NCBI GenBank assembly: GCA_013239625.1
Contig: MU054220.1
Location: 6,917,367 to 6,981,366, forward strand
Direction: 5' to 3'
From: Lama guanicoe
Taxonomy: Eukaryota
DNA length: 64,000 nt
Shown: in pieces, positions 26,472-39,777 of the stretch
Numbering within the stretch: position 1 is the stretch's first letter
How the letters are laid out: each line of letters starts with the position of its first letter
Translations under genes and position numbers: made by a program
Notes under the pieces: model-generated
The model's input: the letters and a program-made list of their open reading frames with translations, nothing else
Told to the model about the DNA's origin: nothing
The model's database searches: none

Positions 26472-28208
26472 CTTTGTAAAAATTGTGGTACAAAGTACAT
26501 ACATGAAATTTAACCTCTTAACAAAATTTTAAGTGTACCGTACAGTGTGGCTAACTATATCCACATTGTCATACAGCAGATCTCTAGAACATTTTCATCT
26601 TGCATGACCAGAAGTCTATACCCATTGAATAACGCCCCATTTGTACCTCCCCACAACCACTGGCAACCACCATTCTACTTTCTGCTTTTATGAGTTTAAC
26701 TCCTTCATAGACCTCTTATAAGTGGACTCATGCTGTCTGTCCGTCTGTGACTAGCTTATTTCACTTAGCTTAGTGTTCTCAAGGTTCATCTGTTATACCT
26801 TATGAAAGAATTTCCTTTTTAAAGATTGAATAATATTCCACAGCATATGTTAACCACATTTTGTTTATCTGTTTATCTGCTGATGGACTTTCAGGCTGTT
26901 TCCAACTTTTGACTCTTGTGAATTATGCTGCAGTGAATATGGGAGTGCAGTTATCTCAATCCTGATTTCAATTCTTTTGGGTAAATACCCAGAAATGGGA
27001 TTTCTGGATCATATGGTAGCTCTATTTTTAATTTTTGAGTAACCTTTATGCTGTTTTCAAAGCAGCTGCAGCATTTTACATCCACCAAGACTGCACAAGG
27101 TTTCCACATTTTCCACATCCTCAACCACATCTGTTATTTTCTGTTTAAAAAAAATAGGTGTATGCCATCCTATCCTAACACATGTGAGGGGATATCTCAT
27201 TGTGGTTTTGATTTGCATTTCCCTGATGATTAGCGATGTTGAGCATCTTTCTGTATCCCTGTTGGTCATTTTTATGTCTTCTTTTTAGAAATGTCTATTC
27301 AAATCGTGTGTCCATTTGTAAGTGGATTCTTTCTGGGGTTGTTGTTCTTACTGAGTTGCAGAAGTTTCTTATATATTTTGAATTTTAACCCTCTATCAGA
27401 TAAATGGTTTGCAAATATGTTGACCCATTATGCAGACTACCTTTTCATGCTGTTGATTATTTCATTTACTGTGTAGAAGCTTTTTAGTTTGAAGAACTCC
27501 CACTTTTCCATTTTTGTCTTTGCTGTCCTTGCTTTTGGTGTCTTAGTCGAGAAATCATTGCCACAACCAATCTCATGAAGTTCCCTCTATGTTTTCTTCT
27601 AGGAGTTTTATAGTGTCAGGTCTTACATTTAAGCCTTTAGTCCATTTTGAGTTGATGTTTGTGAATTGTACAAGATGAGGTTAGCTTGCTTTCTTTCACA
27701 TGTGGAAATCCAGTTTTCTCAACATCATTTGAAGAGACTATCTTTTCCTCATTGTATAGCCTTGTCCCCTTTGTCGAAGAGCATTTGACTGTATGTACTT
27801 GGGTTTATTTCTGGGCTCTCTGCTCTGTTTCATTGGTCTATACATGTTTTATGCCAGTACTAGACTGTTTTGATTATGGTAGTTTTGTAATGTGTTTTGA
27901 AGGCAGGTAATGTAAAGTCTATATTTTTGTTTTCATTCTCAAGTTTGTTTTGGTTATTTAGGGTCCTCATCATTCCATACGAATTTTAAGGCTGTTTTTG
28001 CTCTTTCTGCAAAAATTACCATTGAGATTTCGATAGGGATTGAATCTAAATCTTTAGATTGCATTAGGTATTAAGGACATTTTGACAATACTGAGTTTCC
28101 AAGCCATGAACACCAGGAGATGTCTCTCCATTTATGTGTGTCTTCTTTAATTTCATTCAGAAATGATTTGTACTTTTCAGCGTATAAATCTTTCGCTTCC
28201 TTGCTTAA
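26472..28208 (-). mobile_element. LINE-1 (L1MA-like) 3' part, antisense
   Basis: Minus-strand ORF2 remnant [29 protein letters not shown]; 3'UTR 'cagcagatctctagaac...cactggcaaccaccattctactttctg'. Confidence 0.92.
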
Positions 28209-30607
28209 GGAAAAATATTTATCAATGTCAGAAAGAAGAAGATAAGAGGAGAAAATGATATATATTTTGGAAATCTATCAAATTGAAACCTTCTTTAGAT
28301 AACAAAGTTTTATATAGTATTTCTTTTTTCAAGTATTATTTTTCTTAAACAATTTAGTGATCTCTTTAATATTTATATTTAAATTTCAGGTTAAGTCTTA
28401 ATGCTTGGATAAATTTTTTTTCCCTCTCACTTTCTATCTGTATGTGCTTGTATTTGTAATTAAGCTGTGATATATAAACATGCCTAATTAGATTGCACTC
28501 TGTGATGACCGAAGGTCAACAGATGATAATTCAAAGAGCTTTTAAGCCAAGAGTTACACATAACTTTTAGCAGCTTCAGAAAATAAACCCAGACGTCTTA
28601 CATTTTGAATTACTCTGCCAGACTTTTGGAGTGTTTATGAGCTTTTATTGTTTTCTGTAATTTTTGTATTTTCTCACAGCAGCCCATCTCCACTTCACCC
28701 TCCAGTTTATTCGGGGCTGCTCTGGTTTTGGAATCTGATAATCCCTTGACTGAAATACTGAAATATATGTCTCAATTACAAATAAATTGGCTCTTAGTGA
28801 GAGCTTGAGGACCTCTTCTGTGTTATAAAAGGAATAAACCCAGCGAAGGCCCTTTGTGCCCTACAGAAGCTTTTCCTAACTTTCTTGCCATGTTCTGCAG
28901 AATTGGGGTTACCCTGAATCTCTGTACACAATCCATATCCGCTCACAAGTCTGTGCTGACATTTCGCCACCTTCTGCTCTGTACACGAGCTTTGCATTTT
29001 CCATAAACTCTGTTAAATTCTGTATTGGCTTTCCTATATTAGCATTCCAAGTCTGTATCTGCACACCTTACATGTAGTGTGGCTGGGAATTAAACTAACT
29101 TGAATATTAGGACAGGAGCCAAAACAGTCATAAGATATGACTGAAGTACAGGAAGCAAGTCTTGGCAGTGAGTGATTCTTTCCTTGCCTGCTTTGGCAGG
29201 TGCTCACCAGCCCGCTTCAATTCACACATCAATCTTGAAATGATGATTCCTTTGGTAATTATCAAAAGTCACTTCTGGTGTAAGTTCTGGAGGGAGAATT
29301 ATGTCTCAGTGGCTTGATGTTACCATAATGGCATATTTGGTGTTCAAATGACTGCATCTGCACCGCTAGTAATTGGCCTTGGACTCCTCCCTCCTCCCTT
29401 CTGTTTCCTTGCTTTCTGCCCTTTGTCCATCCTTTTCAGTTAGAGCAACTCAGGTACAAACTCTCCCAATAATAAAGAGACATACTGATTATCGTTTATC
29501 ATTGTCCTTTTGAGATTTCCCTTTATCTCTTATGAATATCTCTTCCTGGGAAGTCACAGTGTGGAGAGGTGACTCAGCAAAGGCAGATTCAGGGATTTCT
29601 AGGGCCCATGCCCCAAATGACATCAAGATTCACAATCAGAAGCAGAGACATGGTGATGTAATAAAACTAAGCTTCCAGCTCCTTACTGACAGGATGCCTT
29701 CCAAGACCCAATACTGTATACGTTATTGTGCATTATTGTACTTAAAGACACCTGTGTTGGAATAAACTCTAATGGTTTTAAGAGCCAGTGGTCACCATGC
29801 AGATGTACATGGTCCATGAAGACCTTTGATGATATCTTTTTCTCTTTCCCTTTTTTCCTTCCTTTGAACTCACCATTACCTTAATCCTTCTTTATTTTCT
29901 TTGCTCCATGTCTTCTCATTGTCTCTTTCTTTTTTTCTCTCACCTCATTCTCATCTCTTTCCCTGTCTTATGGCCATTTAAGACCTTTTCTTCTTCTTCT
30001 TTTTTTTTATTTTTTAACTGTCACGGGTACCATCAGTGTATTAATCATTTGACTAAAAATATCCAACCTTTAGAAGACTAGCATTCATTTTCACTTTCGT
30101 TCTTTTCTCATGAACACAATTTGCACACGTAGCTTTTCGCCTGCATCAAAGCCATACAGAACACACATCTCCAACTGGGATTTCAAATGAGTTTATCAGG
30201 AAGGAGCCCACAATATTTGTACCTGTGAAAATATTTTGTGAGCCAGCAGGACACAAGAAGAAAGCTCTGTTAAAGGTTCCTAAAAGTTTTCATTTTGTAG
30301 ATATTCTTACCTTTCTTGAGGTAAGAGAGAGGCACGTTAGCCATACAATTTAGTATTCTGATGTAGAACTGGCCACAGTACAATAAAGTGGAATTTTTGT
30401 TTATGATTTGAATAAGACATATTCTCATATATGTATTCTTTGGCTGTAATAAAAAAATGTCAAAATAATTATTACATGGAATGTTATTAAGTAATTTGCA
30501 ACACATTCATCAGAAAAGATTTAAATGCCTTCAGTAAATTAAGACCTTGATGGATTAGACACAGATCCACCCATCAAGAAATTTTGGCGATATATGAAAT
30601 GATAAAG

Positions 30608-30635
30608 AGATGATGATGATAATGATGATGATGAT
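30608..30635. repeat. (GAT)n trinucleotide repeat
   Basis: gatgatgatgataatgatgatgatgat. Confidence 0.85.
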
Positions 30636-30682
30636 AAAATGAAAATGAAGCCATCAAAACAAAATAATTAAATGTTCCAGTT

Positions 30683-30725
30683 GAGTAATTTCTGAACTTG
30701 GTTGACCATCAGAAATCACCTAGTT

Positions 30726-30761
<36 letters not shown>

Positions 30762-30886
30762 TTAAGATTCATGGACCCTACTCCAGATATGTTAAATCAG
30801 AACCTCTGGAGTTGGAGACACAGAATTGTACTTTCAAAAATATCCACAGGTCATTCCAATGACCAATGAGATTGGAGAATTACTGA
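30683..30886. mobile_element. MER5-type hAT-Charlie DNA element with internal (TA)n
   Basis: 'catcagaaatcacct...ccctactccaga...aatcagaacctctggag...caggtcattcc...ttggagaattactg'. Confidence 0.65.
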
Positions 30887-31465
30887 CAGGAGAGAAATAA
30901 ACTCTGTGTCTTTAGTGAAGAGATATGGTTTTAAGTTCACATGTCTATGGAGGAGGAAATATTTGGCCAGTGGAGGATCGATAACACTTGGATAAGCAGA
31001 GGGTATTAAGAAGGGAATTCTCAGCAGGAGAAAATGAAAAGGCTAGATGTATGAAGGTGAAAAGTAAAAGGCATCAGGGAATAGCAAAGGGACTAGACTG
31101 ACAGGAATCAATGACACTTGGTGAGAAACTGAAGCAAACGCTAAAGCACTGCAGTCTGGAGTCTGGAGGACCTTGACGATGGAGAAGGGGAAGCATAGAG
31201 TGTTTAATTAATGGGACACTATTGCATGTTTTAGTGTAGGTTACACCATCATGAAAGAAGCATTTTAGAATGATTCATCTATAAGGGTGTAGAGGCTGAG
31301 TTGGAGAGGAACAAATAGTAAAACAGGAATCTGATTCACAGTAGTAAAAATCTCAGGTCACAGTAGTAAAACTCTAAGTTGCATTTCTATGGGGGCAGAC
31401 AAATGTTTTGCTTTCCTTGTGTAACAATGCAATCACCTCTAGCTACTTAAAAAAAAAGGTCAGAT

Positions 31466-31544
31466 GGGGGAGGGGGTAGAGCACGTGCTTAGCATGCAAG
31501 AGGTCCTGGGTTCAGTCCCCAGTACCTCGGTTAAAAAAAAAAAA
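31466..31544 (+). mobile_element. Short Vic-1-type SINE with A-box deletion
   Basis: 'gggggagggggtagagcacgtgcttagcatgcaagaggtcctgggttcagtccccagtacctc' plus poly-A; TSD gtcagat at 31459-31465 and 31545-31551. Confidence 0.88.
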
Positions 31545-31551
31545 GTCAGAT

Positions 31552-31920
31552 AAATAAACAGTGTACGGTAATTTCCAAAAGACAAAAGCAGGGTCAAAAA
31601 ATGGAATAAGGTACTTTGATGAAGAGTAAGAAGATGGAAGCGGGGAAAATACAGTACTCAGGAAGGCCTCTTTGAAGGGGACATTTGAGCTGAACCTTGA
31701 GGAGCCATTTAAGTGAAGATGTGGGGGTGGGGAAGGGAAAGTGTTTCAGACAAATATTCTAAGTACTGGAGTTTCAAAAAAACTTTAAAAGAAAAAGAAG
31801 CAAAAACAATCCAGCCATTAAACACTAGCAAGGAGCCAAGTCAGTAAGGAGGTGCGCTCAGAAGTGCAGGCAGCAGCCCATTCCCGTACCACTTCAGGGT
31901 CTGAATTTTATTCTAACGCC
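31552..31920 (-). mobile_element. LINE-2 fragment
   Basis: 'tcaggaaggcctctttgaaggggacatttgagctgaaccttga', a typical L2 motif. Confidence 0.6.
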
Positions 31921-34664
31921 TGGAGCAGATCCAGTGCTAAGCCACTGGGCCGTGTTCGCTGAGCTCTCTCCCCAGCGTGGCCCTGTTTAGCTTTCTGATG
32001 GTAAGCACACCTCCTGTGTCTTCATTTGACAGTCCGTTCCTCCCCAGCATCCGAGCCCCACAAGTCGGGATCAAAGTGGACTTCAGGGGAAAGATTGTGG
32101 TTCATTGTACCCATCTTTCCTTTGTGCCAGAACCAGCAGCTTAGTAAACTTCCCTGCGCAAAGCCAAGATAGAGTTACAACAGAAGATGTGCATCTAATA
32201 GAGATAAGACTTACATACAATTCAAAACAATTAACTAAAAAAGTAGTGTATAATAAAGAAAAAGGTGGATCAGTATATAGTAAAAAGCCCTTGAAAATAT
32301 GAATCTTAGATTGTGGGATTAATGAGGATCAGCATCACACATGTTGACAGAGATGGAGGATTTGGACTCACTCTGAGGATAGCGGAGAACATTCTAGATG
32401 GGCACAGCTTGTTTTGACCTTTCGTCACCTGGTATTTAACTGCCAGCACGTTTTGAGTGCTTACTAGGGAGTGTGCTAAGTGGTTTGCCAGTGTCTGGGT
32501 GACAGACTGGTTTGTGACATGGCTACCCAATGTGGGATGCTTTGTTTTTTTCCAGAGTGGAGGTTGATAAAATAAAAATGCTTTTCTTAAATCATACCCC
32601 CCCCACCTTTTTTTTCAGGAAATAAAATCATCATTAAGCTTTTTTAAAAATTTGTTTTGTTTAAGCCCTAATATGATTGAGTAGAAGAAAGCTGGATGAG
32701 CAGAGATGCTTCAGAAATCTTTCCCTTTCTTTTCCGGCTCATGGGAAGAGAGTAAAAGCAATGTTTTTCTTAGTTTCAGGAAGAGATATCCACTCAACAT
32801 CACTAAAAATAACTAGACTTTCAAATGTCTCGTGTGGCCTGTTTCCTCTAAGGAATGGCTCCTCTGCTCCTTCAGAGGGGCGTTCTGAAAGGCACCTGTG
32901 AGCGACAAAGGTAATGGATTGCATTCCGAACTATGCATCCAAGCAAATAAAACGGGCTTTCAAACTTTGATTGATCAAACCTCACAGCAGTCATCTGGAC
33001 TCCATGCTTGCTTATCGGTTTGACGGTAATAAAACCCTTTCGGGGACAAAAATATTATGCAAACTGTTGGCCAATTTCGTTCTTGTTATTGGGCCCTCAT
33101 TGACTGCAGTCCCTTTTCATTTCGGTATTATTATGGGACTGACTGCTAAGTCAGTGTGCACAAGGGCAGTCAGCCAGGGGAAGAGGCAGAGTGATTGGCT
33201 TTGCCTGACCCAACGTTCCTGAAGCCCTGTTTACTGCCTTATCGTCCTCCTCCCAGCAGCAGTCCTTGCTCTCTCGTGTTCCTGTGGGGACTGGGACTTG
33301 AATACTTGAACCCGAGGCAGTGGATTTCTTCCTCCCTGTTGGATGTTTCTGGAATCACTTCTGCTACCGGTGTGACTTTATTTTATGTGGATTTAGTGTC
33401 TCTGGCTTAAAAATGCTTGATGGTAAAATAGGGTGGATTGATGGTAGCCCAACAGAGATTATGGAGCTGTGAAGTAGCAGTTGGATAAAACTCTCAGGAT
33501 ATAGGTCTTGGGTACTTTGAAGTTGGAATGGAAAGATCAAACAAGGAATTTAAAGTCCAGTCAAGTCCGGGAGGGAATCCAGGCACTACTGCTGAGCTGT
33601 GTGATATTGGATGCGTCAACTCACCTGTCGGAAGCTTGGTTTCTTTACTGATACAGTGCAGATAATTGAAAATATTTTAAAAGTTTAACTGACCTAAAGT
33701 GCCAAGGAGAAGAAAAACCTATGACCAGGTGCTGAGTACCCTGTGATCTCTTCGGTCCAATCACAGAACTTGTCTAAATGTAGGCAGAATAAGATGAACA
33801 TGATTCCAGGGCTGATGGCTTCCCTGTTAATACATGTGGCAGTTTGCATCTCAGTCCACAGATTCAGTGAGCAATATGACATTTCTATTTTTTGGTAAAT
33901 ATCACATTTCTATTTGTTAAGAATAAGAACTATCAAATATCTATAATTTTAAATAAATAACCGAATTTTGGATCTCCATATTGCTGGAATGGTAGGTAAA
34001 TTGAACTTCCACATTCTGAAGGCTACTCCCTAGATATTTGCCAACAGTTCTGGGGCTTTTAGCCACGCGAGACAGAGTCCTCTCCCCTTAGCTGCCACTG
34101 TTTATCTCTCCATAGTGCAGAGACTCGCCTTTCTCCTGTGTTCATGGTCATTTCAGCTTCGGTGGTTCTATGCAGGTTCCATGCAGCCCTGGGAACGCAG
34201 GACTCTTTGGTGAGGATGGGCGTGTCATGGTTGACATCACAGCCTGCTAGCTCTCCATGTGGCAGTCAAGGATCTGACCTGCTCAGGCACTGCCCCATAG
34301 CTAGTCTCCTTCCCTCAGCTTCTTTCAGCTGCCCCGCTTCTACCAAGAAACACGCTTTCCTTCCCTTCTACCTCCTCCAAAAGCCTTGAGTATCCCTCCA
34401 AGTTCTTGGATTTTGGGGGGAAGAGGAGGAGGCAGGAAGACCCGAAGGATATTTCTTCCTTCTGTCGCTATGACCCTCTTGGGAGGCAGTGACGTACAGA
34501 GAGAGATGTTTGAATGGGGGAGGCAGACGGGATGGGGAATCAGAGAAAAAATCCTGGTATCTTAATACTTAAAAACATGTTGACCTCCTTTATTGTGAAA
34601 GTATCACATAGGTCATGCACCCAAGAACATCTCTGTGGTTAAAGAAAGAGGAGGAGTTGGAGAA

Positions 34665-35085
34665 AGAAAATATGCGAAGTCGAAACTGCATTTAATACAC
34701 CTGCCTACAAAACCTCATGCTTAGCCCAGTAACCCCAAACGTGCTCAGAGCACTTGATTAGCCTACAGGTGGGCACAGTCATCCAGTACAAACCTATTAT
34801 AGGGTGAAGTGTTGACTATTTCATTTCATGTATTAAATGCTGTACTGAAAGTGAAAAGCAGGGTGGTTGGGTACAGAATGGCTGCGAATGTACTGGCTGT
34901 TGCCCTCACGACCGCTTGGCTGGCTGGGAGGTGTGGCCGCCCAGCATCATGGGAGAGCACCCGACCCCACAGCCCGGGAAAAGATCACAATTTAAAATCC
35001 AAAGCAGAGTTCTATTGAATCTCTTTCATACCATCGTAAAGTTGAAAAATCTTAGAATGAGTGACAGTTAATCAGGGACCACCTG
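34665..35085. mobile_element. Tigger4/Zombi-like TcMar DNA transposon deletion derivative
   Basis: 'gcatttaatacacct...aaacgtgctcagagcact...tactgaaagtgaaaa...ccatcgtaaagttgaaaaatc...cagggaccacctg' followed by TA; left terminus missing. Confidence 0.8.
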
Positions 35086-35209
35086 TATATATTGTATAAA
35101 TGTGCATATTTAAACTAAATATTTTCTGGGCAGCTCACTTTTATAGGATTTTCTTCCTTTTTGCTTATTTATTATTTGCTAATGTGCCTATAAAAGTCTA
35201 AAGTAATAT

Positions 35210-35346
35210 GGGGGCGGGGTATAGCTCAGTGGCAAAGCGCCTGCTTAGCACGCACAAGTTTCTAAGTTCAATCCCCAGTACCTCCATTAAAAAAAAAAAG
35301 TTGAATAAAAGTAAATAAATAAATAAACCTAATTCCCCGCCCCCCA
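35210..35346 (+). mobile_element. Vic-1-type tRNA-Ala-derived SINE (camelid)
   Basis: A box tagctcagtgg, B box agttcaatccc, tail with 'cctaattccccgcccccc'. 18-bp TSD aaaagtctaaaRtaatat at 35192-35209 and 35347-35364. Confidence 0.92.
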
Positions 35347-35494
35347 AAAAGTCTAAAATAATATTAGAAAATGAGAAAGAATATTACATGCTATTGGGAT
35401 CATTGCCCAGTATGTATTTAGTTGACTGCAGACACCAGAAGCTGTCCCTAATCAGAGACGTCGGTCACCATGTGGACAAACCTGTGTTCTCACC

Positions 35495-35925
35495 CTGGCT
35501 GTGTTAAGTACTGGGCATGTGATCAAAGTTGAGGTACTTAATCTCTCTTTATCTGAAGAAATGGGGATAGTACCTCACTTTTGAGAGTTAAATAAAGTAA
35601 AATATTTGAAATGTTGGTATAAAATCTGTCGCCTAGTAGGTCAACAGTATACATTGGTTTTCTGCTCTTGCTCTTGACTGTTAATTGCAGAGGCCAGCTA
35701 GAGCAGTAGAAAGAGCATACGGCCCCCCCAATCCGGGAACCCTGGACTCAGACGAAAGCTTTGCAAATGTTTGATACACCCTGGGGCAAGGGCTCTCGTA
35801 TTCCTAAAGTCTCTTATTTCCTCATCTTTAAAATGAGGGTAATTGTTCTAGCCCATCACAGGGAAGCCCTGAGGACTATGTAAGACGATGTACCAAACAA
35901 GCCCCGCACAGTACAGGGCTGAGCA
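35495..35925 (+). mobile_element. Two adjacent MIR SINEs
   Basis: Cores 'ctgtgttaagtactgggcatgt...aaatggggatagtacctc' and 'ctggggcaag...tttcctcatctttaaaatgagggtaatt'. Confidence 0.6.
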
Positions 35926-37609
35926 CACAGCAAGGGGCTGGAAGCTGTTTGCTCCTTCCATCTTTCCCAGCCATTGAGGAACCAACGCTTAAATGAGAAG
36001 TGTAGTCTGCTCCTGCAGAGATGGCAGGGATAAAGGGGCTCATGGGGTGAGGGAGGGTCCTGGAGACTTGGAGAGGCTTTGCTGAGAAACAAAGCCGGCC
36101 AAGAGTTATGCTGTTGAAAGTGACCTAGATAGTAATCCAGCTTCCAAAGCTCCATCTTTGAGTAAGTGCGCTTCACGTCATTACTGATTTCACGTAATTG
36201 CAAAGAATACGGCCTACGTATTTCAGAATAGGGTTTTCTTTTAAAATGATCTTTTCTTTGATTTATTTCAGTCCCATTTCAATTATTTTGAAGTTTTAAA
36301 TAACCCTGAAGGATGTTGTGAGATTTCCATTTTAATTAAAAGGAGGCGTGGGTTTAAAAATAACGTGAAAAAAGAAGAGTTTTTCAATCTTCATACGTAG
36401 GGAGAAGAAATTTTAGAAGATGAAATGTGTGCCTGAGCAATTTTTCAGCCTCCTTATAAACAGGAATTATCTGTCTAGAAAACTCTTTAGATGTTGTATC
36501 CAATGCGCTCATTTTGTAGATGGAGAAATGGTTGTGTAGTAGAGGTAACTATTACACCCAGAGTTACACAGTAACTGAACGCAAGAGCTAAAACGAGACT
36601 CTCGAGGAAGCATGATTTTCACATGACTGCACATTCTATGTCTAAGCCTTGTCCCCCACTGTGTATTATACACCACCATATTCATGTTTATTCATATGTG
36701 TGTAGAGATGTGTAAGTACATATAATTGATAATTGTGTGTGGTATATGTACAAATTTTGTGGGTTTGCCTGTAGAGAGTGTGTAAGGGATGGAGACGGAG
36801 AAAAAACAAACACCTTGCCTTTCAAGGAGAAGTTATTTGTCCATCCCCTAAAAGCACAATGTTTGATAGCTCTCTGGAAAGCTGTTTAAGCCAAGGTAGC
36901 TTTTAGGAATGTACACTTTATTCCTGGTCGTGCAATTATTCCCGTGTCGAGTTCCTCTAAAACCAGCTCTCCCGTCTCCTCTGTGGTTTCTCTCTGCTCC
37001 AGTCCTGAAAGTTCAGGCGGTGGATACCCAACTGGCAGAGGCTGTGCCTGGCTCTCCGTGTTACCCGTTGAGAAATTGTAATTTGTACTGATCAGTAAAT
37101 TCACCCTCTTCAAAGGCACATCAGAGAGCCCCACTGGAGTCAGAGTTCCTGCTTTATTAGTTCAAGGGCACTCTGGAGAGAAGGCATGTGTTTTCAGGAA
37201 GATTAAGTCCTCCATCTCAGAGAAGAGGGAGAATATCCTGAAGCGTTTCTTTAAATAGCCGGCATTCTCTCAACCAAAGACGGGATGTGCCAGGCAGAGC
37301 TGGCTCACTTTTTTTTTTTTAAGGTAACAGGGCTGCTGTTTGCCTTTCTCTGGATGGCAGTCGAGTCCATAAATCTCAGACATGGCGGAACGGCCTGACC
37401 CATTGGGAGGGAGGAGATTGCCAGGCTGGAAGTTACCAGACCTGGGAGTTGGTCCCCCATCTGCCATTTGCTTGGAGTGATTAAGGCAAGACACTGAAAT
37501 TTCACTTGTAGATTTTTCGTGTGTAAAAAGGCAGGGCTTTCTAGTCTGGTAATGAAAGAGCATAGAGAGCCTTGATTCCTCCCACACTCTCTGCTCCGCT
37601 TGCGATGTT

Positions 37610-37787
37610 CCCCCTGTTGTTCCCAGGCCAGCAACAGAAGCAGCACCTGATCTTTTGGGACTCTGTTAATGATGCAGATTCTCAGGTCTGCCCTACATCT
37701 GTCCTTTAGGGGAAAGAGGGTCACTGCTCTGTGTTTTAGCCGTCGCTCTGGTGATTCTGATGCCCCCAGTTGCTTGAGAACCACCAG
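37610..37787. mobile_element. MER5A-like hAT-Charlie element
   Basis: 'gatgcagattctcaggtctgccc...ggtgattctgatgc...ttgagaaccacc'. Confidence 0.75.
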
Positions 37788-38917
37788 CCTGGGCGACATT
37801 CTGGTTTATCCCTCCCTAGGGAAAACCTTCTCTGCCCTCTCCCACCAGATGAGACGCCCCATCACGCGCCAGCTGAAAGCTGCGATTTGCAGTTAATTGT
37901 TTGTGTCTAATTGCTCCACCGGGTCAGGGCTGGGTCTGCACTGGCTCGTCATTGTGCTCCCACCCAGCAAAGCACCTGCACCTAGTAGGACCGCGGCGAC
38001 CATCGGTCATTTAGATGAAAGTTAGTAACCTTGAGCAAATCGCTTAAACTTGTGGAGACTCAGTTTATTCCTCCTTAAAATGGGCATGATGAAACATACC
38101 TTTGAAGATGGAGCATAAGGGAGCTAAGAGATACTAAATTCAACTCTCAGTCAACAAACTCCATGTCTTAAAATTAATTAGTTAATAGATCTTTTAATGC
38201 TAGTTTCTCACTGAGCACTCTGTTTTGCTGCTGGGTGTCGACCTTCATCTTAGTCTTCCTTGAAGATCCTTCTCAGCGCTGGGGTGTGGTCCCACTCCAG
38301 CATTTGAGGAGCTCTGTGATGATACAATGTGAGTGTTGGGAGATACCTGATCTTCCAATTTCATGCCATAGGACGACCTGCTGAAATGCCCAAATTCTCA
38401 ACCCACACCAAGCCCCTTCAAATCGGATTCTGTCTGCTGTTCCTGTGATTCATGTATTTGTTAAATATCCATCTCCCAGGGTTGTGCAGCTCCATCTGCC
38501 TAGGCTGGATCATACCCCTTACGTTCTGAGAGCTTGCCTGCACTGGCAGGACACAGAACTCCCCTGCTCTAGGATCCAGGGACCTGTCTGCTTCTATTCC
38601 CTGTCTTGTCTCTCCCATCCCATCAGCCTGCAGGAATCTCTTTTTCACTGCAGGCTAAGTTTTCTACTTTCGTGTTTCTGCCTAATACCTTGTCACCATG
38701 CGCCTGGATTCTCTTTCTTTTGAGCAGTGTGTTTCCTCTCTGACAACAAGTTCTTCCTCTGTCCTGGGACTTAAGCTTTTAGAAACAAAAGCCAGGAAAG
38801 CTAGTAAGTGTTTCTATTTTTTTCCACCCTACTTCATCCTCTTTTTGAGACAGTGGGCTCAAGAGTTTCTGCTTTGGTGGGGAAAAATACTGTCATCAAA
38901 AGTGGAGCCCTCCACAC

Positions 38918-39138
38918 CAGTGATTCTTAAATGGGGGCAGTTTTGCCCTCCAAAAGACATTTGGTAATATCTGGAAACATTTGTGATCGTCACCTCGTAG
39001 GGGAATGTTCTACTGGCATCTAGCGAGTAGAGGTCAGTGATGCTGCCAGACGTCCTACGGGGCACAGGACCGCTGCCACCACAGAGAATTAACAGGTCCA
39101 AAATGTCAGCGGTGCCATGCCAAGGCTGAGAAACCCTG
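38918..39138. mobile_element. MER20 hAT-Charlie element, full length
   Basis: 'cagtgattcttaaatgggggcagttttgccc...gacatttgg...ctactggcatctag...gctgagaaaccctg'; 8-bp TSD ctccacac / ctccccac. Confidence 0.9.
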
Positions 39139-39777
39139 CTCCCCACGAAGGTACTCATTAAATACTGTGAAGACTGGCACAACACAGGTGTTCCATAAGT
39201 GATCGTTGACTTTAAATCTTGGTTTCTTCTGCCCCTGATCTCTTTGCAACCTTGGCAAATTGGAAAGACTTGAGAAGTTTTGTTGTGTCACTGACTTCAG
39301 CGTGGAGCACCCGCCCCCAGCCTTCTGCCACACTCCTAGTGAGCAGATTCACATGCCACACGTCTAAGGTGTTCCTCCTGCCTCAGAAACAGTGCACTGT
39401 ATTCTCAGTATTTGATCTGATGGCATATTAGTGTATCAGGCATCATTAAGTACCTACTTAATAGAGTAAAAGTGGAACTGAAGCTTGACCTTGACTTCAG
39501 CGCATCCACAGTTAAATGAGAAAGGAAAATAAATATATTACCAAGATTTAGTATGATGAGATTGGCTAGAGAGCTAAGCTCAGAGTGCTAAGGAGGCAAA
39601 GAGAGAGGATTACTGACTCTCAGGTGACTGTGCAAGGGGCAAGGACACAGGAGAAGTTAGTGGGATAAGAATTGGGGTACGTAGGAATTTCGATGAGAAA
39701 AATGAGGAGTTAGATCTGTCAGGCAAGGACATGGAGCGTGCCCATGACGTCGCGATGAGAAAGACGACCAGGGGCAG

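Noticed and set aside
37305..37799. Longest ORF in the track (164 aa, minus strand)
   Set aside because: Starts within a MER5A-like element, ends in a poly-A run, and has no recognisable domain
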